A stretch of 64,000 nt of DNA from Candidatus Cloacimonadales bacterium (GTDB lineage Bacteria > Cloacimonadota > Cloacimonadia > Cloacimonadales > JAIOQZ01): contig OY771587.1 in the NCBI GenBank assembly GCA_963674825.1, positions 1,344,001 through 1,408,000 of the forward strand. The letters run 5' to 3'. The notes below the pieces were generated by a model. It was not told where the DNA came from and did no database searches. It saw nothing but the letters and a program-made list of their open reading frames with translations. Position numbers and translations under genes: made by a program. Below are positions 29,791 to 39,788 of the stretch, piece after piece (the stretch's first letter is position 1; every line of letters starts with the position of its first letter).

Positions 29791-29821
29791 AAAAGAAGGG
29801 CAATCACAGTGGATTGCCCCT
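29791..29821 (-). terminator. Probable terminator after the M13 peptidase
   Basis: GGGCAATC-ACAGTG-GATTGCCC with an A-tract on +. Confidence 0.65.
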
Positions 29822-29859
29822 ACATTTCAAGATGAAACGGATCGTTTGCTATAAACAAT

Positions 29860-31758
29860 CTACCACATATGCACTCTCTTCGAGGGCTCGAGATACATCG
29901 GATCACCGGGCTCGATATCGAATGCATCGTAAAATGCATCCATGTTTTGCAGTGGCCCAATCGCACGGAAACGGGTGGGTGAATGAGGACCGCGGCACTG
30001 CTTTCGTTGCGCTTCCTCCGTGATCAATTCCTTCCATTTCTGCGCGTACGAGATGAAGAATCGCCTTTCCTGTTCAGCATCAATGTTCCCGGAAGCATGC
30101 ATGGCGTCGTATGCGACCAAAACCCCGCCGAGATCCGCGAGATTTTCGGAAAGCGTCGCAGAGCCATCCACATGGCAATCGTCAAATGCGTAGAAGTGGT
30201 CGTATTGGTCGATGAGCGGCTGTGAGCGCTTCTCGAACCTGGAAGTCAGCGTCAATTTCTGCAGCCAGTTCAACGGCCTTCCCTTGATATTGTACTGCCG
30301 TCCGTCGCTGTCGATCGCGTGAGAAATCTCGTGCCCGATCGTCGCGGCAATACCGCTGTAGTTTATCGCCGGATCACCATCCTTATCGAAAAACGGCCAC
30401 TGTAGGTTTCCGCCGGCTATCACGACGTTATTCCGGCCCGGCGAATAGTAGCAATCCAGCGAGTACGACCACGATTTGGGTCGTGAAAAATCCCATGGAT
30501 TTCCGATGCGGGAAAGGACAAGCGTTGTGCGCCATCGGCGCGCGATCAATGCCGTTTCGATAAACGTGATTCCTGGATTCGCTTCCGCGATTTCCTTTGC
30601 GCAACTGCTTTCGCGAACAGCTTGGAGGCATGATTCTCCTCCGATGACAAACACCATCTTCGTTAGCTTCTCGCGCGCACGTTTACGCTCAAGCCAACCC
30701 ATCCAGTCGTTTTCTTCAAGCCGATTCAGCCAGGCCTTGCGAATGTTCTCGGTAATGATTGCCAGAAGCTTTCCCTGCTCATCGCCGACGATCTCGTAGA
30801 GGTAGTATTCGTTCAGGAATTCGGGCAGATCGCGCATCATCTGACGGACGACGGCAAGACTATCATTGTCGTTCTGCTTCTTGAAATCTCCATGCAGATA
30901 CTGGCTATATTCCATCAGTAAACACGCGGAGAAATAGTCAGCCAGTTCCTCTCGGTCAACTCCCAGAAGCCAGGCAGCAAGCTTTTTGAAATAGACAGGA
31001 TGATCCATGATGATGGTTCCGCTTCTGTCGATTCCCAGAGCGTCAAACCACTTCCCGAAATCATCAGGTTGAAACCACCCAATTGCCTCTTGAGCAGGTA
31101 TCTCGTTGTAGAGATCGTGAATCGAGCGCGGCTCAGGCTCAAGCATAGCGCTAATTTCATTGGCACAGCGAAGCGCTGCAGCTACTTTCTGATGGGACTC
31201 TTCATTTTCGTATCCAGAAAGCAGGAACAGCCTTTCAAGATTATCTCGTTCATTCTGGCTGAGCATAATCTTTTCATCGGGCTGCCGGAGGCAAAGATAG
31301 TGAGTTCCGCGCACTTCCCACCGTTTCGGATCGTAGACGTAAAAAAGCGGCCCTACACCTATCGAACTCATATATGCCAATGCGTCCATGACATCTGAAG
31401 ATTCGAGCCTTGTAAGCATCTCATTGAGCACCCTCATCTCCCGAACCGTATCGTCATCGCCATCGATCCCGGTACGATAGTAGGTCCGCAAGGCATTCTC
31501 GATAAGCTTCAGCGCTTCGTCGGATTCAGCGGAGATTGATAGCTTTTGAGCGATGTTAATCAATACCTGATGTTCCATCTCGCTGTAGAGATTGAAGCGC
31601 CTGGCACCTTCCGGCAGAACGTTGTTCTTGATCCAAGTACCGCAGGAATACCCATAAAAGTCGTCCTGTGGACGGTAGGTCGAATCGATATTGGATGGTT
31701 CATACCCAAACAGAAAAGCCTGTATGAGGAGAAAGGAGATAAGCAGCGTTTTTTGCAT
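29860..31758 (-). CDS. M13 (neprilysin/PepO) family metallopeptidase, exported
   Basis: PQDDFYGYSCGTW, IGHEISH zinc motif, ENLADLGG, HSP..FR. Start at MQKTLL (GGAG RBS). Confidence 0.9.
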   Translation of the reverse strand: MQKTLLISFLLIQAFLFGYEPSNIDSTYRPQDDFYGYSCGTWIKNNVLPEGARRFNLYSEMEHQVLINIAQKLSISAESDEALKLIENALRTYYRTGIDGDDDTVREMRVLNEMLTRLESSDVMDALAYMSSIGVGPLFYVYDPKRWEVRGTHYLCLRQPDEKIMLSQNERDNLERLFLLSGYENEESHQKVAAALRCANEISAMLEPEPRSIHDLYNEIPAQEAIGWFQPDDFGKWFDALGIDRSGTIIMDHPVYFKKLAAWLLGVDREELADYFSACLLMEYSQYLHGDFKKQNDNDSLAVVRQMMRDLPEFLNEYYLYEIVGDEQGKLLAIITENIRKAWLNRLEENDWMGWLERKRAREKLTKMVFVIGGESCLQAVRESSCAKEIAEANPGITFIETALIARRWRTTLVLSRIGNPWDFSRPKSWSYSLDCYYSPGRNNVVIAGGNLQWPFFDKDGDPAINYSGIAATIGHEISHAIDSDGRQYNIKGRPLNWLQKLTLTSRFEKRSQPLIDQYDHFYAFDDCHVDGSATLSENLADLGGVLVAYDAMHASGNIDAEQERRFFISYAQKWKELITEEAQRKQCRGPHSPTRFRAIGPLQNMDAFYDAFDIEPGDPMYLEPSKRVHMW

Positions 31759-31786
31759 GTTATCTCCATATGCAAAGAATCGTTTT

Positions 31787-34183
31787 CTATTCATACTTGA
31801 GCGCTTCCACGGGATTCATTCTGGATGCTTTGATGGTGTGGTAGAGAATCGTCACCAGCGCAATCAGCATCACAATCGCAGCCGAAATAATGAAGATCCA
31901 CGGTGAGACTGCTGCATGGAACTGGAACGTATTGATCCAGCGCTGAATACCGTACCAGGCGACAGGTATTGCAAGTATATTCGCCAGTAGCACCCATTTC
32001 ACAAAATCGCTGACAAGGATCCGGGCAATTTCTTTGTTTGTGGAGCCCAGCACCTTGCGAATGCCAATTTCCTTGACCCGGTGCTTGAGCGCAAACGATG
32101 CCAGACCGAACAATCCCAGGCAAGCAATCAGGATCGCCAGCCCCGCGAACCACGAGAAAATCGAACCAAGTCGCGTTTCATAGGTGTGTAGTCTGTCAAA
32201 TTGATCTTCTATAAACACGTAGTGGAACGGTGCGTCCGGCTCAATTTCCTTCCACCTCTTTTCCAGGCGATCCAGCGTCTCTTCACGTCCGTTTTCCTCA
32301 ATGGAGATATTCAAGATTGGTCTCGATCCTTCCCGCATGAACAGAATCAACGGTTCGATACTCTCGCGGAACGAACGGATATGGAAATCCTTATATACTC
32401 CGACGATGTTGTACTCAGTCGGCTGTCCTTCCGGATGCGGTCTGTTCAGATCGTATATCTTCTTACCGATTGGTTCATCCCAACCCAAATCGTGGGCCAG
32501 TGTTTGATTGACCAGAATATTGGTGTTGTTGGGGTAATCTTCTATGCGCAATGTATCCCCTTCTACCATCTGGATTTCATAGGTCCTCATGAATTCAGGG
32601 TCCATATTAATCCACTTGAGCAGCACAATAGATTCGGTATCCTCACCCTCAGGATGCATTCCGTTTCCCGTGCAGGCACCTGCCCCCGGGAAACCTGTCG
32701 AAAGCCCCACATGCAGAACGCCGGATACCTTTTTCAGCTCCTCTTTGATCTGCTCACCGCGCCCCTGAATATCGCTCGACATCAGCATCATGAACATCAC
32801 GTTGTCCTTCTTGAAACCGAGATCGGAATGCCGGATGAAGCGCAACTGGTGATAGATGGCAATCGTGCCACTGATCAGCACGATCGAGATGGCGAACTGG
32901 AACAGAGTAAGAAGGTTGCGGAACCGTCCCGACTTATACTTACCTCCGATAAAACCCTTGAGGATCGGCACTGGCTCAGCCCCTGACAGGTAGAAAGCAG
33001 GATAGACACCAGCAAGAAATCCCGTAAGCAATACCAGTAGTAAGCCTGCGCAAATCATTTGCCAATTCAGGGCCATTCTAAACATCTGTTCGTGACCGGT
33101 AAGCTCAATGAAATATGGATAGATGATCAGGATAACCAGCACGGAGACCAGGCCTGCTACGACAGCCAGCAACATCGATTCACGTAAGAATTGCTGCATG
33201 AGAATTCCCCGTGACGCTCCGAACACCTTGGATATACCAATCTCGCGACTACGGATAGAAGCGTTGGCGGTAATCAGCATAGCGAAATTGATGCAGGCAA
33301 GCGCCAGGATGAAGACTCCTATTGCGATAAAAAGGTAGATGTAAGTGATGTTTCCGGTCAGGGCAATATCGTATTCGAGATTAGAATGCAAATGGATGTC
33401 CTTAAGCGACTGTAGTGCGAGATAGAGCTCCATTCCTGCATCACCTGGCTTCATTTGCATCGCGTCCATGGCGACGTTTTTCATCTTCTCTTCAAGAAGC
33501 ATCGGGTCAGCATTTTCTGCAAGCTTGATATATGTATAGTTTCTAAAACGTCCCCACGTACCGGGATCCTCGCTATTTACCTCATCGCCGGGGATCAGCA
33601 TCGCATAGGTGAAATGCATATTCTCAGGTGGATCAGCAATAATCGCTACGACCGCAAATTCATGTCTGTTCAGCTTGACTGTCTTGTTCAGCGGATCTTC
33701 TTCACCAAACAGCTTTTCTGCGGTCGATTGCGTCAGGATTATTGTATCCGGGGCCTTGAGAAGTCCTTCACGATCACCCGATAGAACCTGAACCCCAAAC
33801 ATGTCGATAAATCCGGGAGTAACCGGTAGAATTTCGCTTTCCAGGAAGCTTGTATCTCCCACCGTCAACTGAGTAGAGCCCGAGCCACGCTCCAATGCGC
33901 AGGAGGCTTCTATCTCAGGAAACAATTCCTGAAGTTTATTGCCCAATGGCTGCATCGTTACGGCGTATTTTATTGGTAAATCGGAGATGCGCCCATGAAT
34001 ATAGACGCGATAGATCCGCTCATAATCAGGGATATCTTTATCGAATCCAAGCTCAAAGGTTACAAATATACCGATAAGAAAGCAGACGACAAGTCCGATA
34101 ATAAGGCTCAGAAGATTGAGAGCAAACAGTAAGCGGTGGCGCATATAGCCGCGCAGAACAAGTCTTAATCGTAAAAATGACAT
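31787..34183 (-). CDS. MacB/FtsX-type ABC transporter permease (two repeats)
   Basis: REIGISKVFGA and KEIGIRKVLGS, LACINF, MNPVEALKYE. Confidence 0.92.
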   Translation of the reverse strand: MSFLRLRLVLRGYMRHRLLFALNLLSLIIGLVVCFLIGIFVTFELGFDKDIPDYERIYRVYIHGRISDLPIKYAVTMQPLGNKLQELFPEIEASCALERGSGSTQLTVGDTSFLESEILPVTPGFIDMFGVQVLSGDREGLLKAPDTIILTQSTAEKLFGEEDPLNKTVKLNRHEFAVVAIIADPPENMHFTYAMLIPGDEVNSEDPGTWGRFRNYTYIKLAENADPMLLEEKMKNVAMDAMQMKPGDAGMELYLALQSLKDIHLHSNLEYDIALTGNITYIYLFIAIGVFILALACINFAMLITANASIRSREIGISKVFGASRGILMQQFLRESMLLAVVAGLVSVLVILIIYPYFIELTGHEQMFRMALNWQMICAGLLLVLLTGFLAGVYPAFYLSGAEPVPILKGFIGGKYKSGRFRNLLTLFQFAISIVLISGTIAIYHQLRFIRHSDLGFKKDNVMFMMLMSSDIQGRGEQIKEELKKVSGVLHVGLSTGFPGAGACTGNGMHPEGEDTESIVLLKWINMDPEFMRTYEIQMVEGDTLRIEDYPNNTNILVNQTLAHDLGWDEPIGKKIYDLNRPHPEGQPTEYNIVGVYKDFHIRSFRESIEPLILFMREGSRPILNISIEENGREETLDRLEKRWKEIEPDAPFHYVFIEDQFDRLHTYETRLGSIFSWFAGLAILIACLGLFGLASFALKHRVKEIGIRKVLGSTNKEIARILVSDFVKWVLLANILAIPVAWYGIQRWINTFQFHAAVSPWIFIISAAIVMLIALVTILYHTIKASRMNPVEALKYE

Positions 34184-34335
34184 ATGCTATCCTATGTTCT
34201 TGTATGGTTCAGGTACTGAATCGTAGTTATTGCAATTCCTATACCACAAGTTTTTGGGTGAAATAGGTGGAAAATACGGTATATATTATCGGCTTCATGT
34301 CCATTCCCGAAAGAAAAATGTACGATAACGGACGT

Positions 34336-34959
34336 TCAGCGCTTCAGATTCTTTTTCTCGTGGATCATACCCAGAAGCGGCATCAGCAGATAGCACATAG
34401 TACTGTAGCCCGGAATAAAAGGAGCCATCACAATTGCGAGTATCGGAACCGCAATGAAAACAACGGTATCATGAAAAAACCTTCCCCCACTGATGTCATC
34501 ACGGTACTCTTCGAAGATCAGGTCAGACCGTTTTCTGAGGTGAAAAAACCGCAACATATTCAGGATACCAAGAGCTAATAGATTCACGTGAAAGACGATT
34601 TCCGCAACAGGGTTTTCTGCGTAATCACCCATAAGCGATGAAGAAAACGGCAATAGACAGATGAACATCAATGAAGCGAGAGACAGCAACGTGTAAGGCT
34701 TGCTAATCGACTGTATATGCCGCAGGATACCATTGTTTTTGATCCACATCGACATAATGATGGCAAAACTGAGCAAGTAGTTGAAAAACTGCGGCCACAT
34801 GCTCATTAGCGCCTGTAACATATCCGCCGATGTTTTGATACTCATGCCCTCCGGTACATTGATCCCAATCACCATCAAGGTCATCGCAATACCAAATACG
34901 CCGTCGTTCAACGCTTCGAATCGAGTCTTACTTACATAAAAATCGTCTTGATCCGCCAT
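34336..34959 (-). CDS. TMEM175/DUF1211 family membrane protein (putative K+ channel)
   Basis: RFEALNDGVFGIAMTL resembles the RxEAFSDGVFAIAxTL signature; about 6 TM helices. Confidence 0.82.
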   Translation of the reverse strand: MADQDDFYVSKTRFEALNDGVFGIAMTLMVIGINVPEGMSIKTSADMLQALMSMWPQFFNYLLSFAIIMSMWIKNNGILRHIQSISKPYTLLSLASLMFICLLPFSSSLMGDYAENPVAEIVFHVNLLALGILNMLRFFHLRKRSDLIFEEYRDDISGGRFFHDTVVFIAVPILAIVMAPFIPGYSTMCYLLMPLLGMIHEKKNLKR

Positions 34960-35119
34960 ACATATTCTCCTGAAATGATACCAGGTCGAGTTAGTGGACC
35001 CAATTGGTGATCAGTCAAGAAGAAAAGGAAACAGAGATCACAATCGACAGATATCCCAATCACTTTTTCATTGACGCATCCATTCGGCCTTTTATGGTAG
35101 AAGAAAAAAGGAGTGTGCT

Positions 35120-35635
35120 ATGCAATTGATTGATTTGATTAAAAAACGATACTCGGTGAGGAGCTACCAGGATAAGCCCGTTGAGCCGGAAAAGCTCGAA
35201 AAAGTGCTGGAAGCGGCGCGGTTCGCTCCCACAGCTAAAAACCTGCAACCCTTCCGGTTCATCGTTATCGAAAATGATATTGACAAGCAGCATGTGATGA
35301 ATGCCTACCCGCGCAAATGGGCATCGGAAGTTCCGATATTTATCGTGGTCTGTGTGGATCATGCGCAAGCCTGGCGTCGCCCGGACGGCAAAAGCTATGG
35401 TGACCTGGATGCCGCTATCGCGGTGGATCACATGACCCTCGCGGCTGCGGAACTCGGACTCGGAACCTGTTGGGTGGGTTACTTCGACGCCTACATGCTG
35501 AGCCAAGCCCTGAAACTACCGGAAGGCATCGAGCCTGTCGTTGTACTCCCGATCGGTTATCCAAAAACGGAAGAGGTCCCTGAGCGACACTTGAAACGCA
35601 AATCGCTGGATGAGCTGGTGGAATACCGGAGATAG
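35120..35635 (+). CDS. Nitroreductase family protein
   Basis: RYSVRSY, APTAKNLQP, LAAAELGLGTCWVG, PIGYP. Confidence 0.92.
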   Translation: MQLIDLIKKRYSVRSYQDKPVEPEKLEKVLEAARFAPTAKNLQPFRFIVIENDIDKQHVMNAYPRKWASEVPIFIVVCVDHAQAWRRPDGKSYGDLDAAIAVDHMTLAAAELGLGTCWVGYFDAYMLSQALKLPEGIEPVVVLPIGYPKTEEVPERHLKRKSLDELVEYRR

Positions 35636-35749
35636 AGAAGTAACCAGATACGAGTTACGAGTTCAAGGGAGAAATGCCAAGCTCGAGTTTTATCTTTCGG
35701 CCTGGAAAATGCAAGGTAATACCTCGATTTTTACTCAGGAGGTATCAAC

Positions 35750-36124
35750 ATGCAAGGTAAGATATACGATGGCGAAAACCATAGCCGGGGCCCAATTGCG
35801 ATCATCGAAGACGGCAAAGTCTATATGGGAGGACACAAAAGCGGGATGGCAGTATTGAACATCAGCGACAACAAAATATACAGTGGTTCTTACAAAGCTG
35901 GACAGGCTGTCGCAGCGTTGAAGGAAAACAAAATCTTTCAGGGCGGTATTACGATCGGGTTGCCCATCGCCATTATCGAAAAGAATAAAGTCTATCAAGG
36001 CATGCATAAATCGGGCATGGCAGTCGCCGAATTCGAGGGAGATCCGCTCGCTGGAGCTGTGGCCGCGGTCTTGAAACTTATGAACGTAGTGAAAGCCAAC
36101 CAGTCGATTTTTTATGGTGTATAA
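35750..36124 (+). CDS. Small protein of five 19-aa repeats (beta-flower-like)
   Basis: AGGAGG RBS; five repeats of (G/N)K(I/V)(Y/F).G followed by a hydrophobic helix. Confidence 0.7.
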   Translation: MQGKIYDGENHSRGPIAIIEDGKVYMGGHKSGMAVLNISDNKIYSGSYKAGQAVAALKENKIFQGGITIGLPIAIIEKNKVYQGMHKSGMAVAEFEGDPLAGAVAAVLKLMNVVKANQSIFYGV

Positions 36125-36590
36125 TCGGATTTTCGTCAAAACCCCTTTCGGAACGCTGTCTGTTATCGAAAAAGACGGCGCAATCAATCGCATCGAACGC
36201 TGTAAGGAGTGCAATGGCGAGGAGCGGCCATCACTGGTCCTTATGGAAGCGAAATCCCAGATCGAGCAGTATTTCTGCGGCAAACGAAGGTCGTTTGACT
36301 TAGCACTGCTTCTCGAAGGCAGCGCGTTTGATGTGGCAGTCTGGAACGCGCTAATGGAGATACCCTTCGGCACAACCGTCAGCTACGGCGAAATCGCACG
36401 TAGAATCGGCAAGCCGAGCGCTTCCCGCGCTGTGGGCGGTGTAGTGGGCAGAAACCCAATCCTGATCGTGATCCCCTGCCACCGCGTGATTCGTTCCGAT
36501 GGAGGGCTTGGAGGCTTCTCTGCCGGGCTCGACGCAAAAAAAATCCTGCTGCACACAGAAGGGGTTTGCCATTTCGGCCTCGACGATTAG
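36114..36590 (+). CDS. ogt: Methylated-DNA--protein-cysteine methyltransferase
   Basis: IPFGTTVSYGEIA, RAVG, NPILIVIPCHRV active site. Confidence 0.93.
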   Translation: MVYNRIFVKTPFGTLSVIEKDGAINRIERCKECNGEERPSLVLMEAKSQIEQYFCGKRRSFDLALLLEGSAFDVAVWNALMEIPFGTTVSYGEIARRIGKPSASRAVGGVVGRNPILIVIPCHRVIRSDGGLGGFSAGLDAKKILLHTEGVCHFGLDD

Positions 36591-36628
36591 TCTTTCAACT
36601 ATAAAGAAATTAAACGAGGTACATAAAA

Positions 36629-37129
36629 ATGGCAAAGATAACACTGCAAGGCAATCCGATCCACACAAGCGGCGATATGCCGGCTGTTGGAACGAAAGCA
36701 CTCGACTTCAACCTGGTAACCAAAACTCTGCAAGATGCGAAGCTGGCTGACTATGCTGGCAAGAAGATCGTCATGAACATCTTCCCGAGTATCGATACAT
36801 CCGTATGCGCTACTTCCGTTCGGAAGTTCAACGCGGAAGCAAACAATCTCGATAACACCGTCGTGCTCTGCATCTCGCACGATCTCCCGTTCGCGTCGGC
36901 TCGCTTCTGCGGTGCGGAAGGGCTGGAAAACGTTGTAACGCTCAGCATGATGCGCAATTTCGATTTCGGTAACGACTATGGCCTGTTGATTATAGATGGC
37001 CCTCTCGCAGGGCTGCTCGCTCGCGCCGTGATCGTAATCGACGAACAAGGCGTTGTCCAATATAAACAGCTCGTTCCGGAGATCGGCCAGGAGCCTGACT
37101 ACGAAGCGGCGCTGAATGCACTGAAGTAA
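36629..37129 (+). CDS. tpx: Thiol peroxidase
   Basis: [29 protein letters not shown]. Confidence 0.95.
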   Translation: MAKITLQGNPIHTSGDMPAVGTKALDFNLVTKTLQDAKLADYAGKKIVMNIFPSIDTSVCATSVRKFNAEANNLDNTVVLCISHDLPFASARFCGAEGLENVVTLSMMRNFDFGNDYGLLIIDGPLAGLLARAVIVIDEQGVVQYKQLVPEIGQEPDYEAALNALK

Positions 37130-37156
37130 ATTCCTGTAAAATACACTAACCGCTAT

Positions 37157-37199
37157 CCCATGCCAGGTTTCGGACGCGGAATCAGGCATGGGGTTTTTT
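37157..37199 (+). terminator. Intrinsic terminator after tpx
   Basis: CCCATGCC...GGCATGGG followed by T6. Confidence 0.75.
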
Positions 37200-37299
37200 A
37201 TGCGGTGCGAAACGGATTTTGCATTAGATTGTCCAAATATGTGAATTTTTCATTGACACGAAAACACGTGTTTCTACTTTGACGCAACGAACTACGTGT

Positions 37300-37374
37300 G
37301 GGCCTGTAACTCAGAGGTAGAGTATCTGCCTTTTAAGCAGAGAGTCGATGGTTCGATCCCATCCAGGCTCACCA
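37300..37374 (+). tRNA. tRNA-Lys(UUU)
   Basis: Acceptor GGGCCTG/CAGGCTC, anticodon arm TCTGC-CTTTTAA-GCAGA, TTCGA loop, encoded CCA. Confidence 0.96.
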
Positions 37375-37384
37375 TTTTTTAGAC

Positions 37385-37460
37385 GACCCCTTCGTCTAGT
37401 GGCCTAGGACTCAAGATTTTCATTCTTGCAACAGGGGTTCGATTCCCCTAGGGGTCGCCA
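37385..37460 (+). tRNA. tRNA-Glu(UUC)
   Basis: Acceptor GACCCCT/AGGGGTC, anticodon arm CAAGA-TTTTCAT-TCTTG, CCA. Confidence 0.96.
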
Positions 37461-37514
37461 ATTTTTATTGACAGCAAAACTTCGCTGTCAAACGTGGTTC
37501 CAGATCTTTGATAT

Positions 37515-37590
37515 GACCCCTTCGTCTAGTGGCCTAGGACTCAAGATTTTCATTCTTGCAACAGGGGTTCGATTCCCCTAGGGGTCGCCA
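37515..37590 (+). tRNA. tRNA-Glu(UUC), identical second copy
   Basis: Identical to 37385-37460. Confidence 0.96.
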
Positions 37591-37617
37591 CTTAAATACT
37601 AAATTGTAGCCATATAT

Positions 37618-37693
37618 GTCCCCATCGTCTAGTGGCCTAGGACACCGGATTCTCAGTCCGGGAACGGGGGTTCGATTCCCCCTGGGGATACCA
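37618..37693 (+). tRNA. tRNA-Glu(CUC)
   Basis: Acceptor GTCCCCA/TGGGGAT, anticodon arm CCGGA-TTCTCAG-TCCGG, CCA. Confidence 0.95.
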
Positions 37694-37698
37694 CTTTC

Positions 37699-37727
37699 AC
37701 CCCGCGTCATAGATGCGGGGTATTTTT
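37699..37727 (+). terminator. Terminator after the tRNA cluster
   Basis: ACCCCGCGTC-ATA-GATGCGGGGT followed by ATTTTT. Confidence 0.75.
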
Positions 37728-38003
37728 GTATTCAGTCAAAATAAACTGATTCACCCCGCAGAAAATCACCATTCTTATTATCAAAAACGATAATCGCATT
37801 TTCATTAACGAAAATATCCAGCAAAGAATTAATCGGCTATATCATTATAGAGCAAAGCCTTACATCGCATATCCGTGATTGGCACAACAAATGTATTATA
37901 AGTGCATTGATAGTGCTTTCCTGACGTGTTGTTCTAACGGATTCGATATACGTGCTGATCAAGATCGTATAAATCTTGAATTCGTATACAGGAATCCAAT
38001 TTT

Positions 38004-38050
38004 AAAGGCAGATCATATGAGGGACCGGCATCCCTTCGATCTGCCTTTTT
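38004..38050. terminator. Long hairpin, probable terminator of the gpsA-ndk-DMT operon
   Basis: AAAGGCAGATC...GATCTGCCTTT with an inner AGGGA/TCCCT stem. Confidence 0.65.
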
Positions 38051-38098
38051 CTATTTCTAAAATCGCTGGCTATTATAGGGCCTTTATAATGAGTTGAG

Positions 38099-38917
38099 CT
38101 AGCTTATATTCAGCAATACTATCCCGACAACGATAATCCCATACCCTATCGCCTGCCGCATACCAATACGAAGCTTCCATAGAAGAATATCCGCTGCTAC
38201 ACAAAGCAGTACGATACTCGATGCCCTCAGCGGGTATGCAATCGTCGCAGGTATTGTGTCCAGAGACTTCATGAAGAACCATGCAGTGAGTTGGTTAGGT
38301 ATTCCCAGAAGGAATCCCCACAGAAGCGACCGCCACGGTATCCTTTGCCGGTAATACAAAATCAGTATCAGTGTAACGAGAAATGCCATACTATAGCCGA
38401 TCATCAGGAAAACGGCTGCAGAATGCTCGGCAAACACTTTGTAAATTTTGAAAAACGAATCCATCAGGCCCATGGAGATAAAGAGCGCGATAATCCATTT
38501 TAGGCCACTTACATTTCTTCGTTTGCCCAGAATCACAAAGGCAAGCAGCACCAGAATAATCCCGAAATAATTCCAGATAGCGAGCGATTCGCCAAACCAT
38601 ATCAGTGAGACCATCACCGGCACCATCAGCGATGCCCGCATCGAGCTGACGCTGATCGCAAGTCCGCATTTATCGATACTCTTCTGGTAGATCAGAAATG
38701 TTGCAATAAGGAAAACTCCGGCCACGACACCCATGATGATATCGAATCGATTGACTTCGCGTACTGGAGTACAGCTCAGAAAATAGCTTAGAATGGCAGC
38801 GACAAAGTAGTTACCGAGAAAAACCGCAAGAATCGAAGCGTGTTTGCGGTGTGAGAGGAATTTCAGGTAATTAGCAATTACAATTGAACACAGAATGCTC
38901 AAGACAAGGTATGGCAT
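38099..38917 (-). CDS. EamA/DMT family transporter
   Basis: About 10 TM helices in two repeats; WFGESL, LGIPNQ. Confidence 0.82.
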   Translation of the reverse strand: MPYLVLSILCSIVIANYLKFLSHRKHASILAVFLGNYFVAAILSYFLSCTPVREVNRFDIIMGVVAGVFLIATFLIYQKSIDKCGLAISVSSMRASLMVPVMVSLIWFGESLAIWNYFGIILVLLAFVILGKRRNVSGLKWIIALFISMGLMDSFFKIYKVFAEHSAAVFLMIGYSMAFLVTLILILYYRQRIPWRSLLWGFLLGIPNQLTAWFFMKSLDTIPATIAYPLRASSIVLLCVAADILLWKLRIGMRQAIGYGIIVVGIVLLNIS

Positions 38918-38935
38918 CGTGCTCCTTTGGATTGC

Positions 38936-39355
38936 TTACTGGTTGAGGTTTAATTCCGGGAATACGAAAGCCAGTTCCTTCTCGGCATTTTCCGGACTAT
39001 CGGAGGCATGGACAGCGTTATAGGTAACCGTATCGCCATAAAGTTTACGGATCGTCCCCTCAGCCGCCTCATCTGGGTTGGTCGCACCGATGAATTCGCG
39101 CAGATATTTAACTGCGTCTTCACGCGAAAGGGCGACAGCAACCGTCTTGCCGGAAACCATGAACTCGATGAGACGGTCGTAAAACGACTTGCCTCTGTGC
39201 ACCGCATAAAATGTATCGGCAAACTGCCGGTCCATGCGGAGCATCTTCATACCTTCGATAACAAACCCTGCCTCCTCGATCATCTTCAGGATCGCGCCAC
39301 TGACATGCTTTTTCGTAGCATTGGGCTTGATCAGAAGGAGGGTGTGTTGCATCAA
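38936..39355 (-). CDS. ndk: Nucleoside diphosphate kinase
   Basis: LIKPNA, FYAVHRGK.F, GATNP, GTIR, NAVHASDS. Confidence 0.96.
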   Translation of the reverse strand: MMQHTLLLIKPNATKKHVSGAILKMIEEAGFVIEGMKMLRMDRQFADTFYAVHRGKSFYDRLIEFMVSGKTVAVALSREDAVKYLREFIGATNPDEAAEGTIRKLYGDTVTYNAVHASDSPENAEKELAFVFPELNLNQ

Positions 39356-39678
39356 AGCGATCCTCTGGTCTCGAAGTAATCCAGCGCGGCAACCTTGATG
39401 GAGATGTCGCGGTTGAGCAGCTCGCTCATTTTGAGCTTATGCTTGAGGATCTTGACCCACAGTTCGAGCACGTTACGATCCTTGACGTCGCGATTGAGGT
39501 AATGCTTGAGCATGTCGGCATAAAACGCTTCGCGATCTTTCTCCACATGAGCGATCACGTACTTGTACATTTCTGATGAAATTTCGTATTCTCGATAGCG
39601 CACGTCAATGACGGCAAAACCCTGTTTCAGAAGGCTTTCAAAGTTAATTTGCATTTCAGGCTGAACTTCGTTCGGCAT
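39352..39678 (-). CDS. Small protein, DUF4032-like
   Basis: LW.KIL.HK..MSE...RDI....AA.DY; coupled to ndk by overlap; start at MPNEVQ (GGAGG RBS). Confidence 0.65.
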   Translation of the reverse strand: MPNEVQPEMQINFESLLKQGFAVIDVRYREYEISSEMYKYVIAHVEKDREAFYADMLKHYLNRDVKDRNVLELWVKILKHKLKMSELLNRDISIKVAALDYFETRGSL

Positions 39679-39788
39679 GGATACCTCCACCAGTATTGAC
39701 TTATTGTGTCAGAAGTTTCACGCGAATTTACCGATACGGGTAAATTTGGCAATAAATTTCTACCCAAACCTACCCCGCTAAATCTCAT

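Noticed and set aside
28531..29835. 434-aa + strand ORF
   Set aside because: Antisense to the well-supported M20 hydrolase; no recognisable motifs.
37728..38098. Integrated element or att scar after the tRNA cluster, and 72-aa ORF 37879-38097
   Set aside because: No duplicated tRNA 3' end and no integrase; only a 10-bp TTCACCCCGC repeat. The ORF has a TTG start, lacks an RBS and runs through a terminator hairpin.
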